A program made the translations under genes and the position numbers. A stretch of DNA of 64,000 nt. Source: Geobacteraceae bacterium (lineage in GTDB: Bacteria > Desulfobacterota > Desulfuromonadia > Geobacterales > Geobacteraceae). Where the stretch lies: assembly GCA_040773465.1 (NCBI GenBank), contig JAXGWF010000013.1:11408-75407 (forward strand), read 5' to 3'. The notes under the pieces are model-generated. The model had not been told where the DNA came from. It ran no database searches and saw only the letters and a program-made list of their open reading frames with translations. Below, piece after piece: positions 11,183 through 20,871 of the stretch; position 1 is the first letter of the stretch, and the number at the start of each line of letters is the position of its first letter.

Positions 11183-11371
11183 TTAGTCACCTCTTTCCGG
11201 ATCGGATTCACGGGTAAAGAGAACAAAGGCCATGCTCGGCCTCTTGCTCGACTCCCGCATGGCAAACTGCATGCCGTCGAAGCGCCATCCTTGTGCGGTC
11301 CATTCGTTCAGGGTTTCTTCCAGCATATCCTCTGTTACGGTACTGACTTCTACGACTTTATACTCAAGCAT
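11183..11371 (-). CDS. DUF4177-like small protein
   Basis: MLEYKVVEVS.. start at ATG 11371, preceded by GGAGA. Its stop codon directly abuts the polA ATG, which suggests an operon. Confidence 0.55.
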   Translation of the reverse strand: MLEYKVVEVSTVTEDMLEETLNEWTAQGWRFDGMQFAMRESSKRPSMAFVLFTRESDPERGD

Positions 11372-11513
11372 GGCTCTCTCCTGCCGATAGGATTCGAAAT
11401 TTGACTTCAATGGTCATAGTAGACCAGAACCCGCAACTCTTCAAGAATGAAGAGCGGCACAAACTCCGGAAGTACGTTACTGACACGACTATCGATTCTT
11501 TACCTGCATAAGT

Positions 11514-11549
11514 GACCTGCCAGGTTTCCGAAAACCTGGCAGGTCTTTT
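11514..11549 (+). other. Orphan perfect hairpin with a short T-run in a divergent intergenic region
   Basis: gacctgccaggtt (11514-11526) pairs with aacctggcaggtc (11533-11545), followed by tttt. No upstream plus-strand gene exists for it to terminate. Confidence 0.4.
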
Positions 11550-11667
11550 CACACGGCATACCCACCTTATTTTGAGGGACAGGTCCTTCCTGAAGTGGCC
11601 GCAACCGGCGATCCACGAAAAATTTGTTGCAAACGTTATATAATTTAATATATAACAGTGAAAAAAA

Positions 11668-11820
11668 ATAACTCTCCGACCCGCTTTCCCTAAAGCCATG
11701 GCAATGGGAACCGGGCTGCGGGTGTCGCCGGAAACAGCGTCGCCTCCCATGCTTGGAAAGGAGAATGTGAGTGGCCATCAACGGCTGACGGACATATCTC
11801 TCCGTCGGCCGTTTTGTTTG
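11668..11820 (+). promoter_or_regulatory. Probable Moco (molybdenum cofactor) riboswitch with terminator expression platform
   Basis: CUCUCCGACC near the 5' end and GUCGCCUCCCAUGCUUGGAAAGGAG (11739-11763) resemble the conserved GCCUCCC...GGAAAGG core of the E. coli moaA Moco motif. An intrinsic terminator follows (aacggctgacgga/tccgtcggccgtt plus T-run, 11780-11820). A possible promoter TTGCAA-N17-ATATAA lies just upstream, and molybdenum-related genes follow. Confidence 0.55.
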
Positions 11821-11895
11821 CTGGAATACGGATCCCTCGCGGAACCTGAAGACACTTCACCGGCAAACCCCACCCCACAATTGGAACCTGCCCCC

Positions 11896-13089
11896 ATGAA
11901 ACGTCTCATTCAGATTATCTGCAACGCTCTTGCCCAAGGGGAAAACCTGATACTTGCCACCATCGTCACGGCGCCTGACCAGCCGCGCCTTGTCGGGGAA
12001 AGAATGCTGATACGCGCTAACGGCAAAACACATGGAACCATCGGTGGCGGACTTTTGGAAGCCGAAACACTGGATGTAGCCTCCCGCATGTTCCTCGACC
12101 AGACACACGGTATCCAGCTGGTTAAATTCTGCGGGGAAACCTCTCCTCGCATGCAATCACCCTGTGGCAGCGGCACAACGGTACTCATCGAGCCAATCAC
12201 GGCCACAGGAGAAAATCTCGAACTTTTTCGAAAACTCCTGGATGCCTCGCAAAATGGAATAAAGTGCTGCATTCTTACCGACCTGGGCACGAACAGCATG
12301 GCACTGACCCCTTTGCACAGGGAACTGGTACATGAAAGTCACCGGCTCAATGGCGAATCACCCCTACGACATCAGGGCATTTCCATACTGCGTGACAAGG
12401 CCTCCTCCGTCACCAGCCCGGCCATCGAAACCCTCGGCAAACACCATTTTTTCCTCAATCCGTGGATCGTTCCCTATTCGGTATACCTGTTCGGAGCAGG
12501 CCACGTTGCCCAGGAAGTTGCTGAATTGGCGACAAAAGCCGGCTTCAGGACGGTTGTCCTCGATGACCGTGAAAAGTTCGCCAACGAAGAGCGGTTTCCC
12601 ATGGCAGACGAAATTATCGTTCTGGATTCCTTTGATAACGCGTTCCGCGGACTGGACCTTGACAGTGAAAGTCATGTCGTCATCGTGACCAGGGGGCACC
12701 GCCACGAAAAAAACCTGCTGCGGCAAGCCCTTGCCAGCCAGACTGGATACATCGGGGTCATCGGCAGCATCAGAAAACGTGATGTCCTCTTCAGAGAAAT
12801 GTCATCGGAAGGGTTCAGCATCGATGACCTGCTGCGCATTTATTGTCCAATCGGCGTCTATCTCATGGCGGAAAGCCCCCTGGAAATTGCCGTCAGTATC
12901 ATCGCCCAGCTCATTCACCGACGTGCGGAAATGGAAGAGGAGAAAAAACTGTATGCACCTCTGTCGTCAACCGGCGAAACGGACTTAAAAAGACCGGCAC
13001 CCGCCGAACAGCCCTTCTTCAACCAGACCGCCGTCGGCACCGGCTATTCCGCCAGAGAATGCCGCTCTCCCGCCAAGCGGAGAACGTGA
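11896..13089 (+). CDS. XdhC/CoxI-family molybdoenzyme maturation (Moco insertion) accessory protein
   Basis: N-terminal LILATIVTA..GERMLIR.NGKTHGTIGGG and a Rossmann-like VYLFGAGHVAQEVAELA..VVIVTRGH..IGVIGS. Start set to ATG 11896, the first ATG after the leader terminator. The track start lies inside the riboswitch. Confidence 0.8.
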   Translation: MKRLIQIICNALAQGENLILATIVTAPDQPRLVGERMLIRANGKTHGTIGGGLLEAETLDVASRMFLDQTHGIQLVKFCGETSPRMQSPCGSGTTVLIEPITATGENLELFRKLLDASQNGIKCCILTDLGTNSMALTPLHRELVHESHRLNGESPLRHQGISILRDKASSVTSPAIETLGKHHFFLNPWIVPYSVYLFGAGHVAQEVAELATKAGFRTVVLDDREKFANEERFPMADEIIVLDSFDNAFRGLDLDSESHVVIVTRGHRHEKNLLRQALASQTGYIGVIGSIRKRDVLFREMSSEGFSIDDLLRIYCPIGVYLMAESPLEIAVSIIAQLIHRRAEMEEEKKLYAPLSSTGETDLKRPAPAEQPFFNQTAVGTGYSARECRSPAKRRT

Positions 13090-13096
13090 AGCAGAT

Positions 13097-13786
13097 ATGT
13101 TAAGGGCAACAGTACACAAAAAATTCCCCGGCATTACCGTCGACGTTGAATTCGCCTTTGGAAACGGCATTATTGTCTTGTTCGGCCCTTCGGGCTCAGG
13201 TAAAACAACCATCCTCAACTGTCTTGCCGGCCTGCAGAATCCGGACAAGGGGAGAATTTCTCTCGGGAAAACGCTCTTTTACTCATCAGAAAAGGGCGTT
13301 TCTCTGCCGGCCCGTAAAAGACACATCGGCTACCTGTTTCAAGACTATGCCCTGTTTCCCCACCTGAACGTACGGGACAACGTCCTGTATGGGGTACCAG
13401 CCGCCCGCCGATCAGGAAAAACCATCGGCCTGGATCCTGACGAACTCATGGCAATGCTCCGGATCAACCACTTGCGGGAACGTTTTCCCACCACCCTCTC
13501 CGGAGGAGAAAAGCAACGGGTCGCCCTGGCCCGAGCCTTGATGGTGGAGCCTGACCTGTTGCTGCTGGATGAACCTCTTTCAGCATTGGACTCCGCAACC
13601 CGTCTGGAGTTGAGAAATGAACTAAAGCAGCTGCAGAAGGTCTGGAATATTCCCTTTGTTCTCGTAACCCATAGTCAGAAAGAAATGGAAGCCCTGGCCG
13701 ACGAAGTCCTCTTCCTCGACCGCGGCAGACAATCAGGATGCTTTCAGGCCGCAAATGCAATCGACATCTGGGAAAAGGCGATGTAA
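13097..13786 (+). CDS. ABC transporter ATP-binding protein, ModC-like but lacking a C-terminal TOBE/Mop domain
   Basis: Walker A GPSGSGKTT, signature LSGGEKQR and Walker B LLLLDEP. Only 229 aa. It starts 8 nt after the xdhC-like stop codon. Confidence 0.8.
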   Translation: MLRATVHKKFPGITVDVEFAFGNGIIVLFGPSGSGKTTILNCLAGLQNPDKGRISLGKTLFYSSEKGVSLPARKRHIGYLFQDYALFPHLNVRDNVLYGVPAARRSGKTIGLDPDELMAMLRINHLRERFPTTLSGGEKQRVALARALMVEPDLLLLDEPLSALDSATRLELRNELKQLQKVWNIPFVLVTHSQKEMEALADEVLFLDRGRQSGCFQAANAIDIWEKAM

Positions 13787-14067
13787 TAATCAGCCTGCCA
13801 TCCTTTACAGGGGCATGAACAAACCGCGCTCCCGTAGCCGCTTCCTCTCTGGAAACTTCGAAAATTTCAAGTCTGGTTAGTTTTAAAGTATATCACGAAG
13901 CATCTTGTCCAACTTTCGCGCAGCGATGCAGTTCGCGAAAGCAGCCCATAATGAGGCATGTTGCTCCATTTTTATGAAGGACGGACGAGCGATTACCGGA
14001 AGCTTCAGGGAAAAATCGGTTTTAAAGTCAGCATCACAATACATACACCACAGGAGGTAGGAACAGG

Positions 14068-14862
14068 ATGAGAAAAACAACAGGAGTTTTGGTAGCACTT
14101 TTCTGCGCGGGAGCTCTCACGCTCGGCTCCCTGCTGCCGGCAACCGCCTGCGCGGCAGACAAGGGTTCCCTCCAGATTTCCGCGGCCATGAGCCTGAAAA
14201 ACGCTCTCACCGCCCTGAAGGAAGCTTATGAAAAAAAATTCCCGAATGTCGAACTGCTGATCAATTTCGCTTCCTCAGGCATGCTGCAAAAACAGATTGA
14301 ACAGGGCGCCCCGGCCGACGTTTTTCTGTCCGCCGGCAAAAGACAGATGGACCAGTTGGAAGAAAAGGGGTTCCTGATCCCGGGAACGAGGACCAACCTG
14401 CTCGGAAACGCACTGGTGCTGATCGTTGCCAAGGAGAAGAAGTCCCAGATCAAGGGTTTCAACGACCTCGTGGGTAAGGCACAGTCAATGAGCATCGGCA
14501 AGCCGGAAACGGTGCCGGCCGGCAAGTACGCGAAAGAAACACTGATCAACCTCAAACTCTGGGACAAACTTGAAAAACGGATCATGTTCGCCAAGGATGT
14601 CCGTCAGGTTCTGGCATACGTGGATTCCGGAAACGTTGATGCCGGACTGGTCTATCAGACCGATACGGTCGTCCTGAAAAGCGGTGTCGTCGCAGCCGTC
14701 GCACCGGACGACTCACATTCGCCCATCGTCTATCCCATGGCCGAGATCAAAGGATGCCGTAACCGCACGGAAGCAGGCAAGTTCCTCGATTTCCTGAAAA
14801 CGGCCGAAGCCGCGAAGATTTTTGAAAAATACCGATTCACCCCGCTGTACCCCAAAAAGTAA
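14068..14862 (+). CDS. modA: Molybdate ABC transporter substrate-binding protein
   Basis: Signal peptide followed by ISAAMSLKNAL..FASSGMLQKQIEQGAPADVFLSAG, closely resembling E. coli ModA. AGGAGG RBS. Confidence 0.85.
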   Translation: MRKTTGVLVALFCAGALTLGSLLPATACAADKGSLQISAAMSLKNALTALKEAYEKKFPNVELLINFASSGMLQKQIEQGAPADVFLSAGKRQMDQLEEKGFLIPGTRTNLLGNALVLIVAKEKKSQIKGFNDLVGKAQSMSIGKPETVPAGKYAKETLINLKLWDKLEKRIMFAKDVRQVLAYVDSGNVDAGLVYQTDTVVLKSGVVAAVAPDDSHSPIVYPMAEIKGCRNRTEAGKFLDFLKTAEAAKIFEKYRFTPLYPKK

Positions 14863-15026
14863 TACCCTTTCCGGATGTCTTTGGGACCAGGTCCCCGACA
14901 GGAGGGCGTCGCAAAAACCGATAAGGCGGCGCTCTCCTGCCACCGCATGGTGAGAACCATACAGAATCATTTGACTCTCCCGGGAAAACAAAGTACTTTA
15001 TGCACGATAAAGTCCGGGAGTTTTCA

Positions 15027-15728
15027 ATGTTACGCGCCATACTATTTCTTGTTCTTTTTGTACCCCTCACCCTCTTTGTCATTGTAACCGGCGTGCCGAT
15101 TACCTTTCTGGACCCGACCGGCAAATTCCTCCATTGCTACGGAAAAATTTGGGGACGCATTGCTTTGCTGTTGGCCGGTGCCAGGGTAGAGGTACTCGGC
15201 ACCGAAAAGATACCGCATGACATTCCCCTGATCTTCATGGGCAACCATCAAAGTAATTTCGACATCCTTACCCTGTATGCGGGATTACCGCACCATTTCA
15301 GCTGGATCGCCAAGGAAGAGCTGTTCCGTATCCCCCTGTTCGGCTATGCAATGAAACGTGCCGGCTACCTACCGCTGGACCGGAGTGATGGTCGTCGGGC
15401 GATCAAGACAATGGAGTTCGCCGCGGAAAAGATCCGCAACGGCGTCAGCGTCATTATTTTTCCCGAAGGGACCCGGTCAATGGACGGCAAGCTTATCCCG
15501 TTCAAACGGGGAGGCTTCCTGCTGGCCGCCCGTGCGGGGGTTCCGATCTTACCTTTTACCATCAGCGGCAGCGCTCTCGTCAATCCGCCTAAACAGCTGA
15601 AAATCCGCCCGGGGAAAATCACCCTCCGCTTCGGCGATCCCATCTCCACCGAAGGCGCCACCGGAAAACGACGCGACGACCTGATCGACCGCGTCAGAAA
15701 CGCCATAGAAAGCGGTCTGGAGCCTTGA
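15027..15728 (+). CDS. plsC: 1-acyl-sn-glycerol-3-phosphate acyltransferase
   Basis: NHQSNFD (HX4D) and FPEGTRS motifs with an N-terminal TM helix. The start is uncertain (ATG 15027 or 15000). Confidence 0.85.
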   Translation: MLRAILFLVLFVPLTLFVIVTGVPITFLDPTGKFLHCYGKIWGRIALLLAGARVEVLGTEKIPHDIPLIFMGNHQSNFDILTLYAGLPHHFSWIAKEELFRIPLFGYAMKRAGYLPLDRSDGRRAIKTMEFAAEKIRNGVSVIIFPEGTRSMDGKLIPFKRGGFLLAARAGVPILPFTISGSALVNPPKQLKIRPGKITLRFGDPISTEGATGKRRDDLIDRVRNAIESGLEP

Positions 15729-15729
15729 C

Positions 15730-15912
15730 ATGACGCTGTTACACGGAGCACTGCTCGCAGGGGGAATCGCCCTTGCCTGCTGGGGGCTTCCCGCGGCCCA
15801 TCGACTGCGCAGCCCGCTCGACAGCCTGGCTGCCCTGGCAGTCCTTGCCGGAGTAATCGCCGGTATTCTCGGCACCCTCCTCGCGGCGGTTCCCGATTTC
15901 TTCAAAGGATGA
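15730..15912 (+). CDS. Small two-TM membrane protein, unknown function
   Basis: 60 aa and hydrophobic. Its ATG lies 1 nt after the plsC stop, and its own stop overlaps the next ATG (ATGA). Confidence 0.4.
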   Translation: MTLLHGALLAGGIALACWGLPAAHRLRSPLDSLAALAVLAGVIAGILGTLLAAVPDFFKG

Positions 15913-16364
15913 CCATGCCCGAAGGAACGGTCAAAAAAATAATCCTGCATTTTATGCTCATTTCGGTCGGTGCCGTGGTACTATTCTGGGGGAATACCCT
16001 TTCCCGCCAGCAGACCCAGTTTACCAAGGGGGAACAGGCCCTGGCACGAGGCAACGAAATTGACGCGATTTCAGGGTTTTCCTCGGCAATCCACCTGTAC
16101 ACGCCGGGAAGTTCCCTCACGAATGCAGCCGCCGACCGGCTTTGGGCCTTGGGGGAACGCTTAGAACGGGGTGGCGACACGGAACGGTCACTGATCGCCT
16201 ACCGTTCACTGCGGAGTGCCTGCTATGCAATCCGCGGGCTTACCAGTCCCTGCTCGGGGTGGATTGCCCGTTGCGACGAAAAACTTGCGAAACTGGCTGA
16301 CGGAACCATGTCTTCGGCGAGAAGCTCCGGTCACGGCCCGCCAGTTCTGAAAGAACGACAATGA
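15909..16364 (+). CDS. Membrane-anchored protein with a helical-repeat-like soluble part, unknown function
   Basis: 151 aa with one N-terminal TM (ILHFMLISVGAVVLFW). ATGA overlaps at both ends tie it into the plsC...rnj operon. Confidence 0.45.
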   Translation: MTMPEGTVKKIILHFMLISVGAVVLFWGNTLSRQQTQFTKGEQALARGNEIDAISGFSSAIHLYTPGSSLTNAAADRLWALGERLERGGDTERSLIAYRSLRSACYAIRGLTSPCSGWIARCDEKLAKLADGTMSSARSSGHGPPVLKERQ

Positions 16365-18037
16365 ACCATGACAGCACGGAAGATCTCGACCTCCGGATCA
16401 TCCCCCTCGGCGGGCTGGGAGAAATCGGCCTGAACATGACCCTCTACGAACATGGCGGAGATATCGTCATCGTCGACTGCGGCCTCATGTTCCCGGAACC
16501 GTCCATGCTCGGCATCGACCTGGTAATACCCGACATCTCCTACTTGCGTGAAAACGTGGAAAGAGTCCGGGGAATTCTCCTGACCCACGGCCACGAAGAC
16601 CACATCGGCGCCCTTCCCTTCGTCCTCCCGGAAATCCCGGTTCCCATTTTCGGAACCGCGTTGACACTCGGTTTCGTTCGGGAAAAACTGAAGGAATACA
16701 ATCTTGAAAACCTGGTAGATCTTCACGTGGTAAAACCCCGCGCAACGATCGAAATCGGCGCCTTCACGGTGGAGTTCATCCGAGTCGCCCATTCCATCGT
16801 AGACGGCTGCGCCCTGGCGATCCGATCGCTGGAAGGAACAGTCATCCATACCGGTGACTTCAAGCTGGACCAGACACCGGTCGACGGCGAACTGACCGAC
16901 CTGACAACCCTGTCCCGCTACGGAGAAGAAGGCGTCCTGGCCCTGCTCTCCGACTCAACCAACGTAGAACGGGAAGGCTACACCCTATCGGAACGCTTCG
17001 TAGGGGAAGCCTTCAACGAGATCTTCCCCCTTTGTGAAGGCAGGATCATCGTTGCCGCCTTTTCCAGCAACATCCACCGGGTACAGCAGGTGGTGGACGC
17101 CGCTGAACGCTGCGGACGGAAGGTCCTGCTGAACGGGCGTTCCATGCTCGCCAATGTCCAGATTGCCCGGGAACTGGGATACCTGAACATAGCCGATGAC
17201 CTCCTGATGGACCTGAAGGATCTTCCCCGGCTGCCGAAAGACCAGGTCTGCATGGTCACCACCGGCTCACAGGGAGAACCCATGAGCTCCCTCACCCGGA
17301 TCGCCATGGACGACCACAAGCAGATAAAACTGGAGCCGGGGGACACCGTAATCCTCTCGTCCCGCTTCATCCCGGGCAACGAGAAGACCATCTCCGATCT
17401 CATCAACCACCTCTATCGTCGAGGCGCCGAAGTCTTCCACGAAAAGGTTTCCGAAGTTCACGTGTCCGGTCATGCCAGCCAGGAAGAACTGAAGCTGATG
17501 ATCAACCTGGTACGACCCCGTTTCTTCGTCCCGATCCACGGCGAGTACCGCCACCTGGTGAATCACGCCAGGCTCGCACGCAAGGTCGGCATCCCCGCCG
17601 AACGCTGCATCCTGGCGGTAAACGGTGACGTCGTCACTTTTTCGGAGGGAAGCGGCCGGATCAGCGACTCGGTTGAGTCCGGGAGGGTTTTCGTGGACGG
17701 CAAGGGAATTGGCGACGTGGGCAACATCGTCCTGAAAGATCGCAAGCACCTCTCGGAAGACGGCATGGTGGTGGTAATCATCGCCATCAACCAGGGCACC
17801 GGCGAGATTATCTATGGTCCGGATATCGTTTCCCGGGGTTTCGTGTTCGAAGACGAAAGCCAGGAATTCCTCGACGAAACGAAAAAAATCGTGCTCGATA
17901 CGCTCGCCGGCGTCAACCTCGAAGTACTGGCCGACCTGAACGAGGTCAAGCTGGAAGTACGCAGGGTCCTGCGAAGATTTTTCAACAAGACGATCAAACG
18001 ACGGCCGGTAATACTGCCGCTGATCCTGGAGATGTAA
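16361..18037 (+). CDS. rnj: Ribonuclease J (beta-CASP metallo-beta-lactamase RNase)
   Basis: [17 protein letters not shown].., HGHEDHIG, and 558 aa in length, typical of RNase J. Confidence 0.9.
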   Translation: MNHDSTEDLDLRIIPLGGLGEIGLNMTLYEHGGDIVIVDCGLMFPEPSMLGIDLVIPDISYLRENVERVRGILLTHGHEDHIGALPFVLPEIPVPIFGTALTLGFVREKLKEYNLENLVDLHVVKPRATIEIGAFTVEFIRVAHSIVDGCALAIRSLEGTVIHTGDFKLDQTPVDGELTDLTTLSRYGEEGVLALLSDSTNVEREGYTLSERFVGEAFNEIFPLCEGRIIVAAFSSNIHRVQQVVDAAERCGRKVLLNGRSMLANVQIARELGYLNIADDLLMDLKDLPRLPKDQVCMVTTGSQGEPMSSLTRIAMDDHKQIKLEPGDTVILSSRFIPGNEKTISDLINHLYRRGAEVFHEKVSEVHVSGHASQEELKLMINLVRPRFFVPIHGEYRHLVNHARLARKVGIPAERCILAVNGDVVTFSEGSGRISDSVESGRVFVDGKGIGDVGNIVLKDRKHLSEDGMVVVIIAINQGTGEIIYGPDIVSRGFVFEDESQEFLDETKKIVLDTLAGVNLEVLADLNEVKLEVRRVLRRFFNKTIKRRPVILPLILEM

Positions 18038-18182
18038 CGCAACCGGTATCGCACCGGGCGCTGCTCCCGAACAACCCAATTTTCGCAAAGGCGTGGCACT
18101 TTCGATATGCGCTTCATCCAAAACAATGCCGACCTTAGGACATATTTTTCCGTGCTGTCGGCATGATCGTCAGGGAAGATTT

Positions 18183-20453
18183 ATGAACTCTGAAAGAAAA
18201 GCAAGACTCTTGCAGGAAATCAAGGGGATAGCGCTCGGCGCGGCAGGACTCTTCCTGCTGATCTCTCTTCTCTCATTCAACTCGGACGACCTCTCGTTCA
18301 ATACCTATTCGACCGGCGAGCTGGTCCGTAATTTAGGCGGCCCACTGGGTTCCTACCTGGCGGACCTGCTGCTCGAATGGTTTTTCGGCCTGGCCTCGTA
18401 TGCCATTCCGATCGCCATGCTTTTCATCTCGTACAAGCTCCTGCGCTTCAAGGAGTTGAAATGGCGCAACTACAAGGGCGCGGCCTTCCTGGTCTTACTG
18501 GTTTCCCTCGCAACGCTCTTCGCCTTCAACCTGGAATCAACCATGTTCCTCGGCCAAAAGGTTTCCACGGGCGGGCTGATCGGTATTGAAATCGCCAACT
18601 CCCTGAAGTCTTTTCTCGGCATTCCCGGCGCCCTGCTTCTCATCCTGCCGTTACTGGCCGTATCCATCATGGTCCTTTCCCGATTCTCCTTTATCCTCTT
18701 CGCCGGTTGGAGCCTTGGCGCACTCAAGAACAGATGGGCAAATTACCGCGAAAAACAGGCCCTGAACCGCCAGCTTCGCGACAGGAACGAACCAGGCGTC
18801 GAACGCTCAACTCCTCAGATCCGGCCGCAGGCCCCAGTCATTTCGCCGCCGGAGCCGGTTCGTAAAAAAGAAAATAAACGGGATCAGGCCAAGGCGGCGC
18901 CAATCCAGGAAACGTTCGAGTTCGCCAAGACCGAGGGCAATTACCGAACGCCGCCTCTGTCGCTGCTGGACACGCCGGCAACAACACGGCAGCACCACGA
19001 TCACGAAGTCCTCACCATGAGCGCCCGGCTGCTGGAAAAAAAACTCCGCGACTTCAACGTCGACGGCGAAGTGGTGGAAATCTGCCCCGGCCCGGTCATC
19101 ACCATGTTCGAATACGCCCCCGGCCCCGGCATCAAGGTAAACCGGATCGCGGGCCTGGCCGACGACCTCTCCATGGCCCTGCAGGCACTTTCTATCCGTA
19201 TCGTCGCCCCCATTCCCGGCAAGGGCGTGGTAGGCATCGAAATCCCGAACCGGGAACGGGAGATGGTCTTTCTCAAGGAAATCTTCGGCAGCGAGGAGTT
19301 CCACCGGGGCAAGATGAAGCTGCCCCTGGCTCTCGGCAAGGATATCGGAGGTCTGCCGGTGGTCACCGACCTGGCCCGCATGCCCCATCTGCTGGTGGCC
19401 GGAGCAACAGGGTCAGGAAAATCGGTATCGATCAACACCATGATTCTGTCCCTGCTCTACACCGCAACGCCTCAGGACGTCCGAGTCATCATGGTGGATC
19501 CGAAAATGCTCGAACTTTCCATATACGAGGGGATTCCGCACCTGCTCCTGCCGGTCGTTACCAACCCCAAGAAGGCGACCCTTGCCCTCAAGTGGGCGGT
19601 AAAGGAAATGGAACGACGCTATCTGCTCATGAGCGACAAGGGCGTTCGCAACATCGATTCCTACAACAAGAAGCTGGAAAAAGAAGCCAAGGGAGAGGAG
19701 CCCGAAGCCGAGGTAATCGTGATGGACGATGTGGTGGAGGAAGCCGCGACGGACACCGGCGCCGAATTCCAGCCGTCATTACAGCAGGAAGAGGCCTTGG
19801 AGCACGGCCACCTTCCCTATATCGTCATAATCGTCGACGAGCTCGCCGATCTCATGATGGTCGCCGGCCGCGAAGTGGAGGAGTCCATTGCCCGTCTGGC
19901 GCAGATGGCCCGTGCCGCGGGCATCCACCTGATTCTGGCCACCCAGCGGCCGTCGGTGGACGTAATTACCGGTCTCATCAAGGCAAATTTCCCGGCACGA
20001 ATTTCCTTCCAGGTGTCATCAAAGATCGACTCACGCACCATTCTCGACTGCAACGGCGCGGAAAACCTCCTTGGCGCCGGAGACATGCTTTTCCTGCCGC
20101 CGGGGACGGCCAAACTGCAGCGCATTCACGGCGCGTTCGTCTCCGACTCGGAAGTGCAGAGGGTGGTCGATTTCCTGAAAAAGCAGGCAAAACCGGTCTA
20201 CGAAAAAGAGATACTTGAAATGAAGGCTTCCGATGACCGGCAGAACGATGAAGACTTCATTGACGAACGTTATGACGACGCCGTCGCCTTGGTGGCGGAG
20301 GCCCGCCAGGCCTCAATTTCCATGATCCAGCGCCGTCTCCGGATCGGCTATAACCGTGCCGCCCGCATCATTGAACGGATGGAACAGGAAGGCATCATCG
20401 GTCCCTCCGATGGAACGAGCCGACCTCGTGAAGTTTACATCAATAAGCTGTAA
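18183..20453 (+). CDS. ftsK: DNA translocase FtsK
   Basis: N-terminal TM helices, a Pro-rich linker, Walker A GATGSGKS, and a C-terminal gamma winged helix ([24 protein letters not shown]). Start moved to ATG 18183. Confidence 0.95.
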   Translation: MNSERKARLLQEIKGIALGAAGLFLLISLLSFNSDDLSFNTYSTGELVRNLGGPLGSYLADLLLEWFFGLASYAIPIAMLFISYKLLRFKELKWRNYKGAAFLVLLVSLATLFAFNLESTMFLGQKVSTGGLIGIEIANSLKSFLGIPGALLLILPLLAVSIMVLSRFSFILFAGWSLGALKNRWANYREKQALNRQLRDRNEPGVERSTPQIRPQAPVISPPEPVRKKENKRDQAKAAPIQETFEFAKTEGNYRTPPLSLLDTPATTRQHHDHEVLTMSARLLEKKLRDFNVDGEVVEICPGPVITMFEYAPGPGIKVNRIAGLADDLSMALQALSIRIVAPIPGKGVVGIEIPNREREMVFLKEIFGSEEFHRGKMKLPLALGKDIGGLPVVTDLARMPHLLVAGATGSGKSVSINTMILSLLYTATPQDVRVIMVDPKMLELSIYEGIPHLLLPVVTNPKKATLALKWAVKEMERRYLLMSDKGVRNIDSYNKKLEKEAKGEEPEAEVIVMDDVVEEAATDTGAEFQPSLQQEEALEHGHLPYIVIIVDELADLMMVAGREVEESIARLAQMARAAGIHLILATQRPSVDVITGLIKANFPARISFQVSSKIDSRTILDCNGAENLLGAGDMLFLPPGTAKLQRIHGAFVSDSEVQRVVDFLKKQAKPVYEKEILEMKASDDRQNDEDFIDERYDDAVALVAEARQASISMIQRRLRIGYNRAARIIERMEQEGIIGPSDGTSRPREVYINKL

Positions 20454-20871
20454 CCGCACGACTGGAGCGGCTCCTTCCGAGCCGCTCGCCTATCTATACC
20501 CCATCCTTGTCACCATTCTTTCCCTCTCACCGTTGAGAACATTCAGGATTTTGGTACAACTATAACTATATGACGATACTTTCTGAAAGAGTATCCTGAT
20601 GACATCCAAATTGGACACCGGGCGCCTTCATCCGAATTCTTGTGAACATCTATCCGGAAGCGGCATTTGGAAGCACCGACAGCTGACGCTTCCCCCTGAT
20701 GCCAGCCGGTTCATCAGCAGGTTGCTGAAAACGTTATGAGGCAAGACGGATGCAATTCGTATGAAGCAAAACACCCGAAAGCCAGCACTTCGACAGGCGG
20801 GATGCAGGCACCGCGCTCTCGGCAAACTGGCGCTTCGCTAGTTTTTCAACAACCTGTAGTGGGAGGTTGCC

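Noticed and set aside
13787-14067. A 71-aa minus-strand ORF (13883..14098), and a possible ModE operator or palindrome (ctttcgcg..cgcgaaag at 13913-13941) upstream of modA.
   Set aside because: The ORF has no RBS, overlaps the modA start and looks non-coding. The palindrome does not resemble the TATAT-type ModE half-sites I know, so no regulatory call is justified.
20454-20871. A known SAM riboswitch class (SAM-I, II, III, IV, V, VI or SAM/SAH) upstream of the archaeal-type MAT.
   Set aside because: None of the hallmark sequences I remember for these classes is present. Only a generic SD-sequestering hairpin is seen, so it is reported as an open question rather than a feature.
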